Virus record (IMG/VR): IMGVR_UViG_3300048574_000533
Coordinates: 1 to 24,310 of that record
Strand: one strand, 5' to 3'
DNA: 24,310 bases
Source of the DNA: a virus
Taxonomy: Duplodnaviria > Caudoviricetes
The notes under the pieces were generated by a model, which worked only from the letters and a program-made list of their open reading frames with translations, was not told where the DNA came from and made no database searches. Of this stretch, positions 24,077 through 24,310 are shown piece after piece. The translations under genes and the position numbers were made by a program. The first letter of the stretch is position 1. Each line of letters starts with the position of its first letter.

Positions 24077-24310
24077 ATGATCAAAGGACGTGGCGGCGCT
24101 GGACGCGGCCAAGGGCGAAAGCCCGTGGATGTGACGTTAAAGAGGGAAGTAAAGGCCATCCGCCTCCCTGCCTGGATCTGGCAATGGATCGATCAGCAGG
24201 AGAATGACCGGGGGCATGTGATCGAGGAAGCGTTGAGGCAATATTACAAGATTACGTTTTCCACGTGGAGGGATAATAGGGGAGAGAGCGGCGAAAGGCT
24301 ATCTAGATAA
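24077..24310 (+). CDS. Small DNA-binding protein (GRGGAGRGQGRKP motif plus ribbon-helix-helix-like segment, 77 aa)
   Basis: AAGGAGGA RBS. Gly/Arg AT-hook-like motif followed by KAIRLPAWIWQWI...RGHVIEEAL. Confidence 0.7.
   Translation: MIKGRGGAGRGQGRKPVDVTLKREVKAIRLPAWIWQWIDQQENDRGHVIEEALRQYYKITFSTWRDNRGESGERLSR

Larger units (their letters stand above)
94..24310 (-). mobile_element. Mu-like transposable prophage (siphovirus-type tail), late region; ends lie outside the window
   Basis: Gene order terminase-portal-gpF-gpG-gpI-gpT-gp36-gp37 matches Mu, with a terminal DNA-modification gene. No sheath gene is present. Confidence 0.9.

Overview
The window holds the late (morphogenesis) half of a Mu-like transposable prophage with a non-contractile, siphovirus-type tail. 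Almost all genes run on the minus strand. From right to left they are: GH108 endolysin, lipoprotein, TraR/DksA finger, small and large terminase, portal, gpF, gpG, gpI protease with a nested scaffold, gpT capsid, head-tail connectors, tail tube, tail chaperone with a -1 frameshift site, tape measure, tail tip/fibre genes, and a Dam-like DNA methyltransferase. The methyltransferase is interrupted at the left edge by the end of an IS66-family element. Two small plus-strand accessory genes lie at the right edge. The most striking unexplained element is the ~500-bp non-coding gap between gpG and gpF (16702-17210). It has a near-consensus sigma70 promoter on the plus strand (antisense to the late operon), followed by four tandem ~95-105 nt four-way-junction (cloverleaf) units in an A-B-A'-B' pattern. 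The units share the closing stem TCGTTRAC...RTYARCG, show compensatory stem changes and have variable loops, so this is a candidate prophage-encoded structured ncRNA array. A separate cloverleaf-like element lies upstream of the methyltransferase gene. All calls come from reading the sequence and recalling family motifs; no searches or folding programs were run.
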